DNA of 64,000 nt from Amoebophrya sp. A120 (Eukaryota; Protista; Dinoflagellata). A program made the translations under genes and the position numbers. The notes under the pieces are model-generated. The model had not been told where the DNA came from. It was given only the letters and a program-made list of their open reading frames with translations, and ran no database searches. Within the stretch, counting starts at the first letter, position 1, and every line of letters begins with the position of its first letter. The DNA is taken from NCBI GenBank assembly GCA_905178155.1, contig CAJINV010000006.1, positions 2,706,658 to 2,770,657 on the forward strand, in the 5' to 3' direction. Below, piece after piece: positions 11,870-24,400 of the stretch.

Positions 11870-14800
11870 ATGTCTTTGCCACCTCCAAACGACTTCGCAT
11901 TCGCTTGGCCGCAAAACGAGCCCGCTCCAGAGGAGCCTCTGCCCGGGGAGAGGAGCGCCGCTGTTGACAGTAGTAACAAAGATGGTCCTCGTCCGCCGGC
12001 ACTTGTTGCCGCCACTTCTGCTACGACTCCTACGACTTCCCCATCAAAAACTGTTACAACAAAAGACGAAAACCAAACGACAATCGACGATAAACCTGTA
12101 ACTGCAAAGAACCCGCCACCCGGGCTGAGCCTTCCTTCTCCGGATCATAAAGAGGAAGCATTTGATGTTTTTTTCACCACGACCGACGTGGTCAACGTGA
12201 ATAAAGAAAACGACGGGACGAGTATCGCAAGAAAAAAGTGTTACAGTTACACATTGTCATGCAAGACTGGCAACAGAGACAACCTTTCTCATGCAGGAAA
12301 TGCTTCGGAGCTTCGTTGCTTTCCTGTTTTCCCTTGTAATCTTCGCATTACAAGTTTGCTCTACCACACAGAGAAAATTTGTGATGCAGAAACTCCAACA
12401 AGTGTGTAACTGTAACACTTTTTTCTCGGGATAGGGAGCAGCTCAACTTCTAGCCGCGCAGAAGGAGAGAAGAGACAGCCTTTTGCGTTGGAGGAAAATA
12501 AAAAATCTCAAGAAAATTACAACTACGACCTCCTTGTTGGAGGTGATTCGTCCGGAACTGTTGCAGCAACTTCGAAAGCTGCGTCGAAAAAGCAGCGCAA
12601 CCGCAACAGACATAAGAAGAGGAGCGAAAGTAGTGGATTTTTAGATGAACAGATGCAGCAGCAGCAGCAGCAGCAGCCGACTTTGCTCGAGCACCAGTCT
12701 CCGGTCGTCGGGGAAGTTGGACGTCTTTCAGGTGGAATTATTAACGCGGGTCTGGAACAATTACAATACGAACAACTACAGCTCCAGACGCAACATGAGT
12801 CGCAACCTGTCAACATCATGCCGGACAACATCAATAAAGCTTGTCAACATGATAATCTTCATGCTCCTGACGGTAGTGCAAGTACAAGTGCTTCTACTGC
12901 TCCGATAATTTTTCCTCCACAGCAGCTAGTACCGCTACCGGGGAAAAAGAACAGACACCGTGGCATATTGTGAGTAAAAACGTCCCGACCCCAGAGTCAA
13001 GGTGGAGAATCTGCTACACCTGATTGTTTCGCATGGCAAATTTGTCCTCGTATTGTAATCCTGCTTAGCTAGTAAAGCAGCGTCACAGATCTAGCGCATC
13101 GCGCTGATTATAGCATCACAAATCCCAAAACGCGACAAGAGAAAGCTAGTAGTGTGGCTTCGCATGAGAGACTTTTTTGGCATGCGGATTTGCATGACAG
13201 TTCTGGGGTGGGGACGTTTTTACTCAGGATACGGCAAGAAAAAGAAGAAGGACGATGCGGACCTAATCGCCGCGCACTTTGAACGGGCTTGCGCCGCCCA
13301 GATGCGCGCGGCAGCGGCCGCGGCAGCCGCGATAGCAACGCCGTCCGTTGCTGGTTTCGTGATTACTGGGAAAAACAAGAAGAAGAGGAAAAAAACCGCT
13401 CCGCCTACTGATGCGGAGCGGCGAGTAGAAGAACAGGAGAACATAACTTCTAGTGCCAGCACAGGAACAACTCCTAGTAAAAATGTGACTACTGTTCCTG
13501 CTGCAGCTAGTACCGGATCCGGAACGAAGAAAAGCAAGAAAAAGAAGACAAATTCAACAGGGTTGTTGAGCGAACAAGAAGCTGGTCGTGATGCTTCTAG
13601 TTCTGTTGGCGGTGGAGAACAGCTAAAACTACAAGCCGGCGCTGGTAGAAGTGTAGCTAATGCAGATGAAAAGTCTTCTACTTCTTCCACGGCAGTAGGC
13701 ATAGAGCCGGTAATTGTATCGAAACAAGATTTATTGGACCAACAAGAACCAGATAAAGAACAACCGCAGGGAACAACATCATCGCCCTCTAAAACTAAAA
13801 CCACTGGCAAGCAGAATCCGAATAAGCGTTTCCGCGGGAAGGCACACGGGACGTACAGGCCACGGACGATGAGAAACAACTTCTATTTCGACGATAACGG
13901 TGCGGGAACATCAATCGCTGCGATGGCCGATTGCTACGCCGGTGCGGTAACTGCCATGGACTATTCTTTCTACAACTTCTGGCCGCATCAAAGTACAACT
14001 ACTAGTAGTGCCTCGTCTAGTACTTTTACTTCGGCTGCACAGGAGGTGGACAGTTCTACTTGGGACCACAGTACTACTACTTCTGCGCACGACCTGGGGA
14101 TGAACCCACTAACCCAGCTGCCGCACGTGGTTCCGACGGCAGACGGCCGGGTGCTGCCGATTTGCTACTATAATCCGTTGGATAACATCACGTATCAGTA
14201 TGCGCCGACCCTGCTGCTGCAGCACCCGTACTACGGACTGATGGGCGCGGCGGCTACAGGTTCTAGTTCTACCGGCAACACGACAAATGCAACAACGTCA
14301 TCATCCGCTAGTACCTCCTCGTCTACTGCTTTCAACAAGAAGACCACGAGCCCAGCACTTCAACCTGCGGGACACACGAAAACAGCCACAGATGCTGCTG
14401 CCTCCGTGCCTTCTGGTGGCAAGAAGGGTACTAATTCTGGTGGGAACAGTAGTAAAGACGCGGCAGATCATAGTGATAGTACTAGTTTAGTGCGGAGTTC
14501 CTCTGCCAATTCCACCACTTCAAAAATTTCGACGACAGGACCGCCAGTCGCGCAGCAACAAGAGAGCAGCAACAGCAAGACGAGTTCTCCTGGTACGACC
14601 GGATCTAGTACTTCTGTCCAGCCATGTCGAAAAAGAACATCAGGTGTAGTTCGTGGTGGTGGGAACAATTACTACCAACAAGCGAATTACTGGCTGAGTG
14701 ATTCTTTCATCTCGGCTGGAGCAGGAGCGGCTGGTGGTGCACCGGCTGTTTTTACGACCGAAATGGAGCCCGGTAATTCCCATCAGGCGCAGGATATTAA

Positions 14801-16501
14801 TTCTCATGAAATGTTGGTCATCCCACCTCACGACCACGAGCAGCAGGGTCTGTTGAAAATAGATCCCTACTCGATGTTGTTGAGCGACGGTGTCTATGAA
14901 GTGCAAAAGTATCGTACTCGTATAAATGCATGACAAATTCCCTCAGCGTGAGAAATGAAATTTGTAATGCGGATTTGCCTTGAGAAAAAAACTTGTAATG
15001 CATGATTGCAATTACTACGAGTGCGATACTTTTGCACAGGATAGTGTCACCACTTTTCCGCTGCAGGAGTACTACTTTCACGACCCGCAGTATGGAGAGA
15101 AAAAAGTTTGTCACAGTCACCAACTTGGAGGTTTTGCATTACAAATTTTTTTTAGCATCTTCACAGCTTTTATTCCTTGTATTGCAGAACCACTAAGGGA
15201 AATCCCGCATGCAGTTTGGCTGTGATGCATGTTTACGCATGACAGGCGTCTTTTGTATTGCAAAAATGCCCATGAGTGATCGTGACGAAGTTTTTTTTTT
15301 TGATACGCAGATGATGCTTTTCGAGACCCCCTGCTACGAGAACAACGGCATCCAAGCCTACCCGCCCCCGAGTAGGAACATGAAACATCCCGCATCTACT
15401 AGTACCACTGCAAGAACCGCGATTAAAAGTTCTACGGCCAAGAAGCAGCGACAAGAATCACGGGCGACAAGAACAAAATTAAGCAGTTCTAGTACTGTCC
15501 CGCTGAATCCCGCTGCTCCGGCTTTCCACCCGGCTAGTGCTTGTCTCTCGACGTCGGTCGTGTCACAACCCAAATCGCCGGCGGGGTCGGTGGAATTGGT
15601 TGCCGGCGAGGTCGTATCTTTGAGTACTTCTAAGGGGAAGAACAGGAACACCAGTTGTACTAATTCCAGCTCGGAGGGGAAGAAGATACACACCGTGGTA
15701 AACAAATCCTACGCGTCTGTAGTTGCGGCGAGCAGGCACGTTGCTGGGAAGGCGAGGAAGCCGCAAGAACAGAGAAGTGCCACCACCTCGACTATAAAGC
15801 GGAAGGCCCCAGGGGGCGGTCGTGCACCAACCGTACTACAGGAATCATCTGCGAAGCCTGCGAAGATTGGAGGCAGTGCAATTGATATGTCGCAGGTGAA
15901 AACAACTACATCTCTTTCAACTTCTGAAGTAGGCAATAAAGCAGCTAGTAGTAGTCCTCCGGGTGGTGCACCAGCGGCCACGAACAGGATGAACATAAAG
16001 TCGTATGCCACCGTGCTGAAAACAGGAGGAGTGACCGGGTCTCCTTCTGCAGTTAATATTTCTGTTGCACAAAATCAAAATAAAACCACAGCTCCTGTGT
16101 CAGTCTCAGTCAGCAAAACACGCTACGCGGTAAAGAGTACCAGTAGTACGCCGGTCGACGACGTTGACGAGGTGTCAACCAGTATCAGTATCTCCAGTCC
16201 CGCGTGTCGGGGGGATCATCATGCGAGTAGTTGCTCTGTAGTCGAAGCTGCTGAACTACAAAACGATCATGATCTTGGCACGAGGAGGACAACTGCTGCT
16301 CTCCACATAGTCCCTAAAAATGACAAGACTTCTACATCTACACCAGATGAAACACCAGCAACAGAAAAAACTACACCACCAACGCTTGCGGAAGAAGAAG
16401 AAGAAGAGCCAGCAGGAAACAGTGTGACGGACCATTTGGCGAAGAGTAAGAAAAACAGCAAGGAAATAGCGAAACGGCCTCCCGGAGAGCAGTTTCAGTG
16501 A
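11870..16501 (+). CDS. Low-complexity S/T/K/Q-rich protein with a PAM2-like motif
   Basis: ATG 11870 to TGA 16499-16501 stays in frame after removing introners 12223-12433, 12966-13231, 14895-15043 and 15091-15305. Contains poly-Q, LNPAAPAFHP (15503-15532) and two KSYA(S/T)V motifs. Confidence 0.75.
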
Positions 16502-17805
16502 TGAGTTAAAAAGCTAAAATGAATTATCGGAGGGGCCGGGACTATACCTCGCACTGTTAGGACTAGTGGTGCATCTACTTCCGGTGCGCCGGTATAGTGG
16601 TTTTGTTTTTGGGAAGAGTAGACTCGTCTACCTCTTGTTCCCTGTAGCAAGATTGATTTTCGACTGTCAATTTTTCCAAGCGTAGTTCGTGGAGATCAAC
16701 AACGAACTCTGTGAGAGCTCCGTGAGAAGTAGACTGCTTTATGTACTAGCGCCGTGGTTCTTCCAGAAGTGTGGCTGGAACAATAGAATTTGGCAACGAC
16801 AGTAAAGAAGGAAATGCAGCGCAGAAACCATCAAAATTTTCAACCAAGTCGCGAACCGGAATCATGGCTAAAGACATCAAGTGCTATGTATCGGCAAGGA
16901 TTCTTGTAGAGAGAAGATAACTAGAACTAGTAGACAAAGGTCCTATATAAACGTCTAACGTCTTTTTTGAAAAAGGGTCCTGCTGCTCCCCGCTCTGGAG
17001 CAGCCATCGCGCACGACATTTTCTATTCTAACGAAGGATTACTTTTACAGCCAAAGGTAGCTAGTTCACAGAAAAAAATTTTGCATAGAAGTTCAGGCGA
17101 AAGAGAAAAATGTGCGAAATATAGAAGGTGCGACGACGCAAGAGACTGCGACTTGTGTTGATTATAATTGTGTACAAAAAAGCATCAAAGCGATCCACAC
17201 GGTGAAGTGATTTTTTCTTTCTGCTTGACTGCTTCGGGGCACTGCTGTGCAGGTTTCTCTTGAAGAAGAAGTACAAAGGCACGTCTCTTTCGTTGTCTGG
17301 GAGGTTCGTTGTTTGTTCGACATCGTGTCTCTGGTGTTATCTCAGCAGAGTTTCATCTTTTCTTTGTTTTTAAGTAATAACGTTCAAGCCATCAGTCGAT
17401 CCCATCAATCATGTGGAGTTGCGATCAGAAAAATCTTGTTTCCCACCAGAACAGAGAGAAAGAGTAGCAAGTATCTCCTACGATCCTGTTCGAAAGTGAG
17501 GACGTACTAAGCATGACATCCGTGCTGATGTGCTTTCCCTGCTGATGACGTCGGTTGTTTTAGTTTTTCAGTAGTACGAATTGTAGATCCACCACAAGCC
17601 ACGGATAAAGGAACAATCGACGAAAAGAATATAGATCCATGCCGCGCTGCTCACGACCTCGTCTCATCTGCTTGTTCTAAGTCTAAAAATACATCCCAGC
17701 TATTTCATATATGTGAAACAAGAAAGGGTACGCCTTATTTTTACACGACTAGAATTGATATCTCACGTTTACTCCATAATTAAAGCGTACCATCTCGCAA
17801 GACTC

Positions 17806-20002
17806 ATGCATCCCGTCCGCATTTTCCTCCTCCGGCACGGCCAGGGCGAGCACAACGTCGCTGGTAACGACTACTATGCATTGCAAAAATGCCCTCTTGG
17901 TCTGGAAGATTGCGAAGTTTGTCATGCATATTTGGCACGACCCATGCCGGCTGTAATGCATGACCTAGCATCTTCACAGATTTTTAGAGGGCTTTATTCT
18001 GAGGCCTTTTTCCCATGAGAAACAAATAAGTACCCTCTCCGCACAGCACAAACTGCACTCCTCTTGCCTGTCATGCAATACAGATTTTTTTCGAATCCAA
18101 AGATAGCATCACAAGTTGCATCGTTCCAGTTCGTTTTTGCAATGCATAACTACATTCCCGACGCAATTTTGACCCGCACCGGGGAGGAGCAAGCCTCGTC
18201 GTGGGCACACCACGTATCAAATGCAAATATGTCTGGATGTCTGGAAACTTGTGATGCTGGGTGGCGTCTCATGATGTAGCCAGAAATGCTGGCTCAGCAT
18301 CACAAGTTTCTGAGCTGTTCTAGGTGTTTTGCCTATTCTGCATGACAAACTGCGTTTCTGCATCACAGAAAAATGGAGCTTTTGGGTAACTTGCATGACA
18401 GATTTAAGACTCATGCCAGACAAGCATGACAAACATGCATTCTTCCAGACCCAGCCCCAGACATTTTTCCATTTGATACCACGCAGACCCGAACAAAATT
18501 CTAAAGGACGTGGAGTTGGTACTCATTTCCCCGCTGCGGCGGGCGCTCCAGACCGCTTTTCTCGCCTTGGAAAACTACGACAAAGCGAGGCTGGTTGTAT
18601 GCAGGCACGCCCGGGAACTCTGGTTTCACGAGCCGGTGAACACCTTTAGCAACGAACAGGAATTACTCTTGTTGTGTTCAAAATACAAACGTGGTAGAGA
18701 AATCGCGGAGCTCCCCCGCGTATGGATTGAAAAAGTTGTATCGTACCTACTAGTATGAAGAAAAAACGGCATTACAAATTGCGTTAGCATGAGAAATGAA
18801 ATTTGTAATGCGGATTTACCCTAGCAACTACGGTTTGTAATGCATAAAACGCAATTGTACTAATTCTAGCACGAGTGCGATACTTTTGCAAAGCATACCG
18901 CGAACGCAGTTATTCCACCGCGAAGTTGTCCGGTACGGGATCCTTCGCCGAGGCTATCGCAAGAAAAAAGTGTCGCAGTTACACACATAGTCTATGCAGG
19001 CCAAGCAAGACAGACAAGCTTTGTCATGCCGGATATGCATAGGTATAGGAGCTTCTTTTCATAGGTGTTTTCCCGTAGGATTTCTGCATTACATGCAAGT
19101 TTTCTCTCTCATGCAGAGAAATTTGTGTTGCTGAATTCACTACTTACAAATGTGTAACTGTAACACTTGTTTCTTGTGATAGAGGCGCTCGCCACTCGGC
19201 ACGATACCCCGAGTTGCGAGCAGCAGTCCGTGCCCAGTCTCGTGCGGGAATTGCGAAGCCGGCCGGATTATGCATTGCAAATATGTCTGGGTCTGGATTT
19301 GTGATGCGAAATTCGGAGGACAACAAGATCTGTAATGCATGGCTGCGATGGACCAGCTTTTTTGTCGTGCTGCGTGGCTCACTTTGTAATGCTAAATACG
19401 AATGAATTCGCAAGGAGCCGAGGGCAATTTCTCATGAGGGTATGCCGTACAAGCAGTCAGTCTGCAATGCAAGTATTAGCAACACAAGTTTCCAGACCCA
19501 GACGTATTTGCGATTCATACAGAGCAGGTTATCTGCGTCGTTTGCCACCAGGGGGTGATTCACGCATTGACTGGCGGTTGGGTATCAAATGCAAATATGC
19601 CGTGGTCCCCTGGAAACTTGTGATGCGGGTTGGCGAATGATGGGGGTCGTGCCGCAATTGCCAGCCCAGCATGACAAGTTTCTCCGTCGGTAGATGTAGT
19701 CTATTCCGCATGACAAATTGCGTTTCCGCATGACAGAAAAACGAGGCTGTATTTTTGGGTGACGTGCATAAGGGACTTGAAGAGAGCTATGCTAGCCGAG
19801 CATGGCAAGTCTGCTCGCATTCTTCCAGAACCAGACATATTGATTTGCAATGCATAGTGGGCGTACAACTGTGATTTGCTGGAATGCGAGTGGAATGCGG
19901 ACGAAAAGAAAACCGGACCACCGCTGTTGCGTGTCTTGCAAGCGCACTCCGCACCCGGTGGGGCCAGGACGTCTTGATACGCGATTTACTGCATTTCGAT
20001 GA
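17806..20002 (+). CDS. Histidine phosphatase (phosphoglycerate mutase-like superfamily, branch 1)
   Basis: MHPVRIFLLRHGQGEHN..DAILTRTGEEQA..SPLRRALQTA..ARE..VVCHQGVIHAL: all hallmark motifs, in frame after removing 6 introners; stop TGA 20000-20002. Confidence 0.9.
18955..19181. mobile_element. Introner family E, representative (13 copies, ~200-230 bp)
   Basis: TIR TATCGCAAGAAAAAAGTGT(T)ACAGTTACA or AAAAAACTGTGTTAGTGTAA type; TSD GAGGC/GAGGC here. Copies: 1436-1645, 12223-12433, 15091-15305, 18955-19181, 24623-24831, 27804-28009, 28766-28985, 31322-31519, 38038-38250, 41732-41955, 41997-42194, 44464-44672, 47776-47990. Confidence 0.88.
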
Positions 20003-20711
20003 TGATGATGCAAAAATCTTACCCCGCGCAGGATAGCAGGATGAGAATGAAGATGATGATCATCTTCCGAAAAATTACCAACGGAGAAGGACACATGGAA
20101 AGTTGCTTGAGTGTTCGAAACTAGAATATAGGTCACCACCAGTGCGGGCCTCCATCCGCTTTATCTGTTATCTCCATTATCTGTTGTACTTACCGTCCTG
20201 CGCCTTCAATGACACAGTGTGTCACAACGACTGTACAACTCGGGCAGTACTTGAAGAAATGAAATCCGTCTGTTACAGCATTGTACTTCTCACGCGGAAA
20301 ATGTTGATCACAAGCCCTCAACCGGCAGAAGCGGCCGCACTACAGGTTCTTCTTGCCGATTTACTTATTTTCAGCAGGAAGTTGTAGAGGAGTGTGAGGT
20401 AGCTTCTTGAGAAGTGCTGTCCCGAGCGGAACTAGTAAGAAGGAAAATAGTAAAAACTCTAGTCTAGTACTGTGGTCCAGGCATGTTTTGGTACAAACTG
20501 TTTGCCTGGAGGTCGCCTCTACTGATTCTGATTCTGATTCTGAACTAGCTAGTAAGACTACACACGACGACATCACATCATAAAGCAATAGAGACATCAC
20601 CAATTAGGTGGAGGTGCTGGCTGTGCGTGTCGAGAGAATTTTTGTGGCAGTACTGTACTATGGTCATTTTTTTGAAAGAGAAGGTTTTCATTTTCAAAGA
20701 AGTTGATTCGT

Positions 20712-20913
20712 TATGCATTGCGAATATTGATCTGGGTCTAGAAGAAAGTTGTGATGCAAAAAATCCGTGAATGATGGGTACGGCAGACAGCACTGCAAAA
20801 ATACGCCGCCAAGGGGGGCTCTTTTTCTGCTCATGCGTCACAGAGTTGAATAAGAGTGATGCCAGAGCCAGCCGAGCATGACAAACTCGCAATCTTCCAG
20901 ACAACATCCAGGA
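20712..20913. mobile_element. Truncated family-A introner in a pseudogene fragment
   Basis: Left TIR TATGCATTGCGAATATTGATCTGGGTCT and internal motifs present; the right end breaks off after CTTCCAGACAACATCCAGG, lacking the terminal ATA and TSD. Confidence 0.7.
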
Positions 20914-21484
20914 ACTCTCTAAGGAGTTGGGGCTTTCTTACTATCTTCAAGGAGCTGAGCCATGGCTCCGGTCACTTTCGGGCTTCATTAGGACTGCGGA
21001 ACTAGCATAAGAAACTGGGAAAAACTGCACTTGCGATAGGGAATTTGTAATACGGGACGTATTAAGAAGTAAATGAGATTGTAGATGGTGTTCGAAGCTT
21101 GAACAGCGAAAAGAGGGACAGGAGAGAAGGTTTTCATTTTCAAAGAAGTTGATGCGTTCTTGAAATAAATGGTCCTACTGCTCGCCAGCATGTCAAAATC
21201 TTCTCGTCTTCTACGTAGCGGTCTTGTTCCTGCTGCACCAGAGCCGAACGGGCCTGCTTGCGTGGAAGGAGCTGCTTCTCACGAGCGGAACACGACCCGC
21301 GGCCGAAGCTATTTTTTCGGAGGGCAGCGGGGGACGGCACCAGGGGTGTCCGGCTTCTTGCGAGATGTAGAGTGGTCTGCGATGTTCTTGTTGACGGAGC
21401 AAAGGGTCGTGTAGTGCTGCGGTTGTGGCGGATAAGTCCAAGAACCTCCAGGAGGCGCCTGTCGCCATTCCGTATTGGAAATAA

Positions 21485-24400
21485 ATGAACAACATTTTCA
21501 AGCTCCGTCGGTCCCGCGGGACCAGCCAGCCGTTTCAACGGAAGTCAAGTCTGATTTCCATCCTGCTGAAGTGTCTCTACTTTTCGCTCACCGCAATACA
21601 CGACGAAACCAGGCTGGTGCTGGTTGGTGCAGTGCTGCAAGACTTGCAAGAAACAGTGATAAAACGGGACCACAGCGTGCCGATCATTTTCCATTGCAAT
21701 CACACGGTGTGCAATGATAATCCCATCTACGAAGACTTTCCGCCGGGGAACTACTCCTGGCCAAACGGGACGACCTTGATCACGGTGTACATTTATTTGA
21801 CGCCCCTGCACTACGGCCGGTCCTGCAACACGGGGCAGAGTTACACGGGCGAGAATTACGACCCTGATGCTTTGTTTGTTTCTGGTGGTGGAAATTTGAA
21901 CAACCGGTATTCCAGTCCCGTCGCCCCGGCGTACTTGATTCTGCCGAGCACAGACACCTCGCAGAATTTCGAAAACCGCACCGGGGTGTTTGACACAAGG
22001 CTGCGGTCCAACGCGCTACTGGGCGCGAACGTCAACTCTACACTGCTTCAAGCGGGCATCAACTACAGGATTTGCGTCGATTACGACGGCACCGGCACGG
22101 ACTACAACTTTGAAACCACCGCCCTGGATGTCTACGTGGGCGGCCCGTTTCGCATTCTCTCGCCCTGGATGTTTCAGTCCACCCAGTCCTCCATCGTGAC
22201 ATTCGAGTGCCTATGGATTGCAAATATGTCTATGTCTGGAAGAGCCAAACTTGTGGTGCTGCATTTGGATGCTAAAAAAATCTGTATTGCACGAGCAGCA
22301 AGAGGAGTCAAATTTGGCTACGCGGAGAGGGCATTTGTAATGCAGGATGCGCATCGATAGGCGCTCAAAAAATCTGTGATGCTATGGCATACATCAGAGA
22401 CATCATGGATCAGGGAAAATGTGCATGACAAACTTTTCCTCTTCCAGACCCAGACATTTTTACACTTGATAGTGCCACCCGAACACCTGCGACACGAGCT
22501 GGTATTGTGAGGAAAAATCCCCCCTCCTCATAAGTACCAAAGCGGGATACTTCTCAAAATTTGTGATGCTGATTTGAGGCCACAAATCGTCTCTGCATTG
22601 CTAGAAGGCATATCCAAAAACCCCGCCGCGTTCTGCAGGCAATCTGTAATGCTGTATGGCCTACGGAGGACATGCCTGCCTTGCTAGGCGCATACACCAA
22701 AACGCCCCTCCTCCGGCTTTGTGTCTGTCTGCAGTCCTCTATTGCAAGACAGATCCGATTTGTGTACACAAATCCCGCAGCACAGAGATCCATTTCGATA
22801 TGGGGAGGGGGAGTTTTTCCTTTTGATAGCTGGCAAATTTTCCTCAAATCCGCGGGCTGCGACGGCACGGTGTCAAATCCGCTTCTGATGGGGTATTCCG
22901 AAACGTCTTCGTCGAAACTGGATATGTACACTATAACTTGCTCAGGTGTTATAATCTCAAGCGTTACGAATAGAATATGGAAATCTGTGATGCAAGAGTG
23001 CATGATCTAGCCAACTCTCATAGGATTGCGCATGAGAAGTTCCGGAGCCCCAAACGTCAATACGATCTGGGGAAATTTGTATTACGGGACGCTCTGCGAG
23101 TCTGTCATGCTCATCCTGCAAGACAAGGGTCAGACTGTATTGTAACGTTTGAGATTGTAACGGTTGAGCAGGTCATATACAGCAACGGTGACGGGATCAC
23201 GTTTCACACCTTCATCAGTACTATCAACTGTAAAAATGTCTGGGTCTGGAAGGATCCGAACTTGTGATGCGTGTTGCGGATCATGCAGAAATCTGTGTTG
23301 CATGACTTGCAAAAGGTCCCCACTTCTGGCCATTCTGAGAGGGCATCTCTCATGCAGAATAGGCATCACCAAGGGGCTGCAGAACCTGTGATGCCAGGTC
23401 CGCCATTCCAGACTTGGCGGATCTTGGTAAAACTGCATGACAAATCTCGGAATCCTCCAGACCCAGACATTTTTGCATTTGATAAGTACCATGGGTCTCG
23501 GGTTTGGCAACGAGTTTTTCCTCTGCTTCGATCCGGACGGATCTGGGAGTGACTATATCCTGCGTCAAAACTACGTCCTCACCCCAGAGTTGTCATGCAA
23601 ATCTGCATGCGTAAAATGTTTGTCATGCGGATCCCCATGAGAAGGGAACCGGAAGCATTTTCGAGTAGTGTTTTGGAATCTGTGATGCGCAAAACGGCAT
23701 AAGGTGCTAGATTTGTGATGCTCCTGCACTAGGTAAAGCACACGACTACAGTTGTGCGTACCCAAACTTGTCATGCGCAACAGCCAAAGCTTGTTGATTT
23801 GTCTAGCAGCTTTGCCATCTTGACTCTTGGGTGTGGGCCTCGTTTTTACTCAGGATAGACTACGTCGACGGGTTTGCCCGGCTGTCTGTCTATATCAAAA
23901 GGAAAAATCCCCCTTCCCCACATCGAGGCGAAGTTTCTGATGCTGGATTTGCGTTGTACGCAAATCAGATTTGTGTTGCTGGAGAGCAGGACTGCAGGCC
24001 CACAGCAAGCCTGAGTAGACAGGTTGCGGCCTAGGCACTTAGCATGAAAAACGTTCGTGGCGTAGGCCCAACAGCATGGCAAACCGCATGTAGAATGCGG
24101 CGGCTGTCTGTGGAGTTGCCTTTTTGCAACACAGATGCGATTTGTGGTCACAAATCAGCAACACAAATTTCCGAAAACGTGCCTCGTCAATATGGGGAGG
24201 GGGGATTTTTCCTCGCGATAGTCTATCTCGGCGGGTTAAACCCCGCCTACACCGATGACAACGCGGGACTGTTTGTGATTCGCATATGCATTGCAAAAGT
24301 ATCGCGCTAGTAGAAATTGCATGACAAATTTTTCCGAGAAGAGAAGTGAAATTTGTAATGCGGATTTACCTAAGCTACGAGATTTGTAATGCATCTCGGC

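Noticed and set aside
12655-12677. (CAG)n microsatellite
   Set aside because: Simply encodes the poly-Q tract of the 11870-16501 protein.
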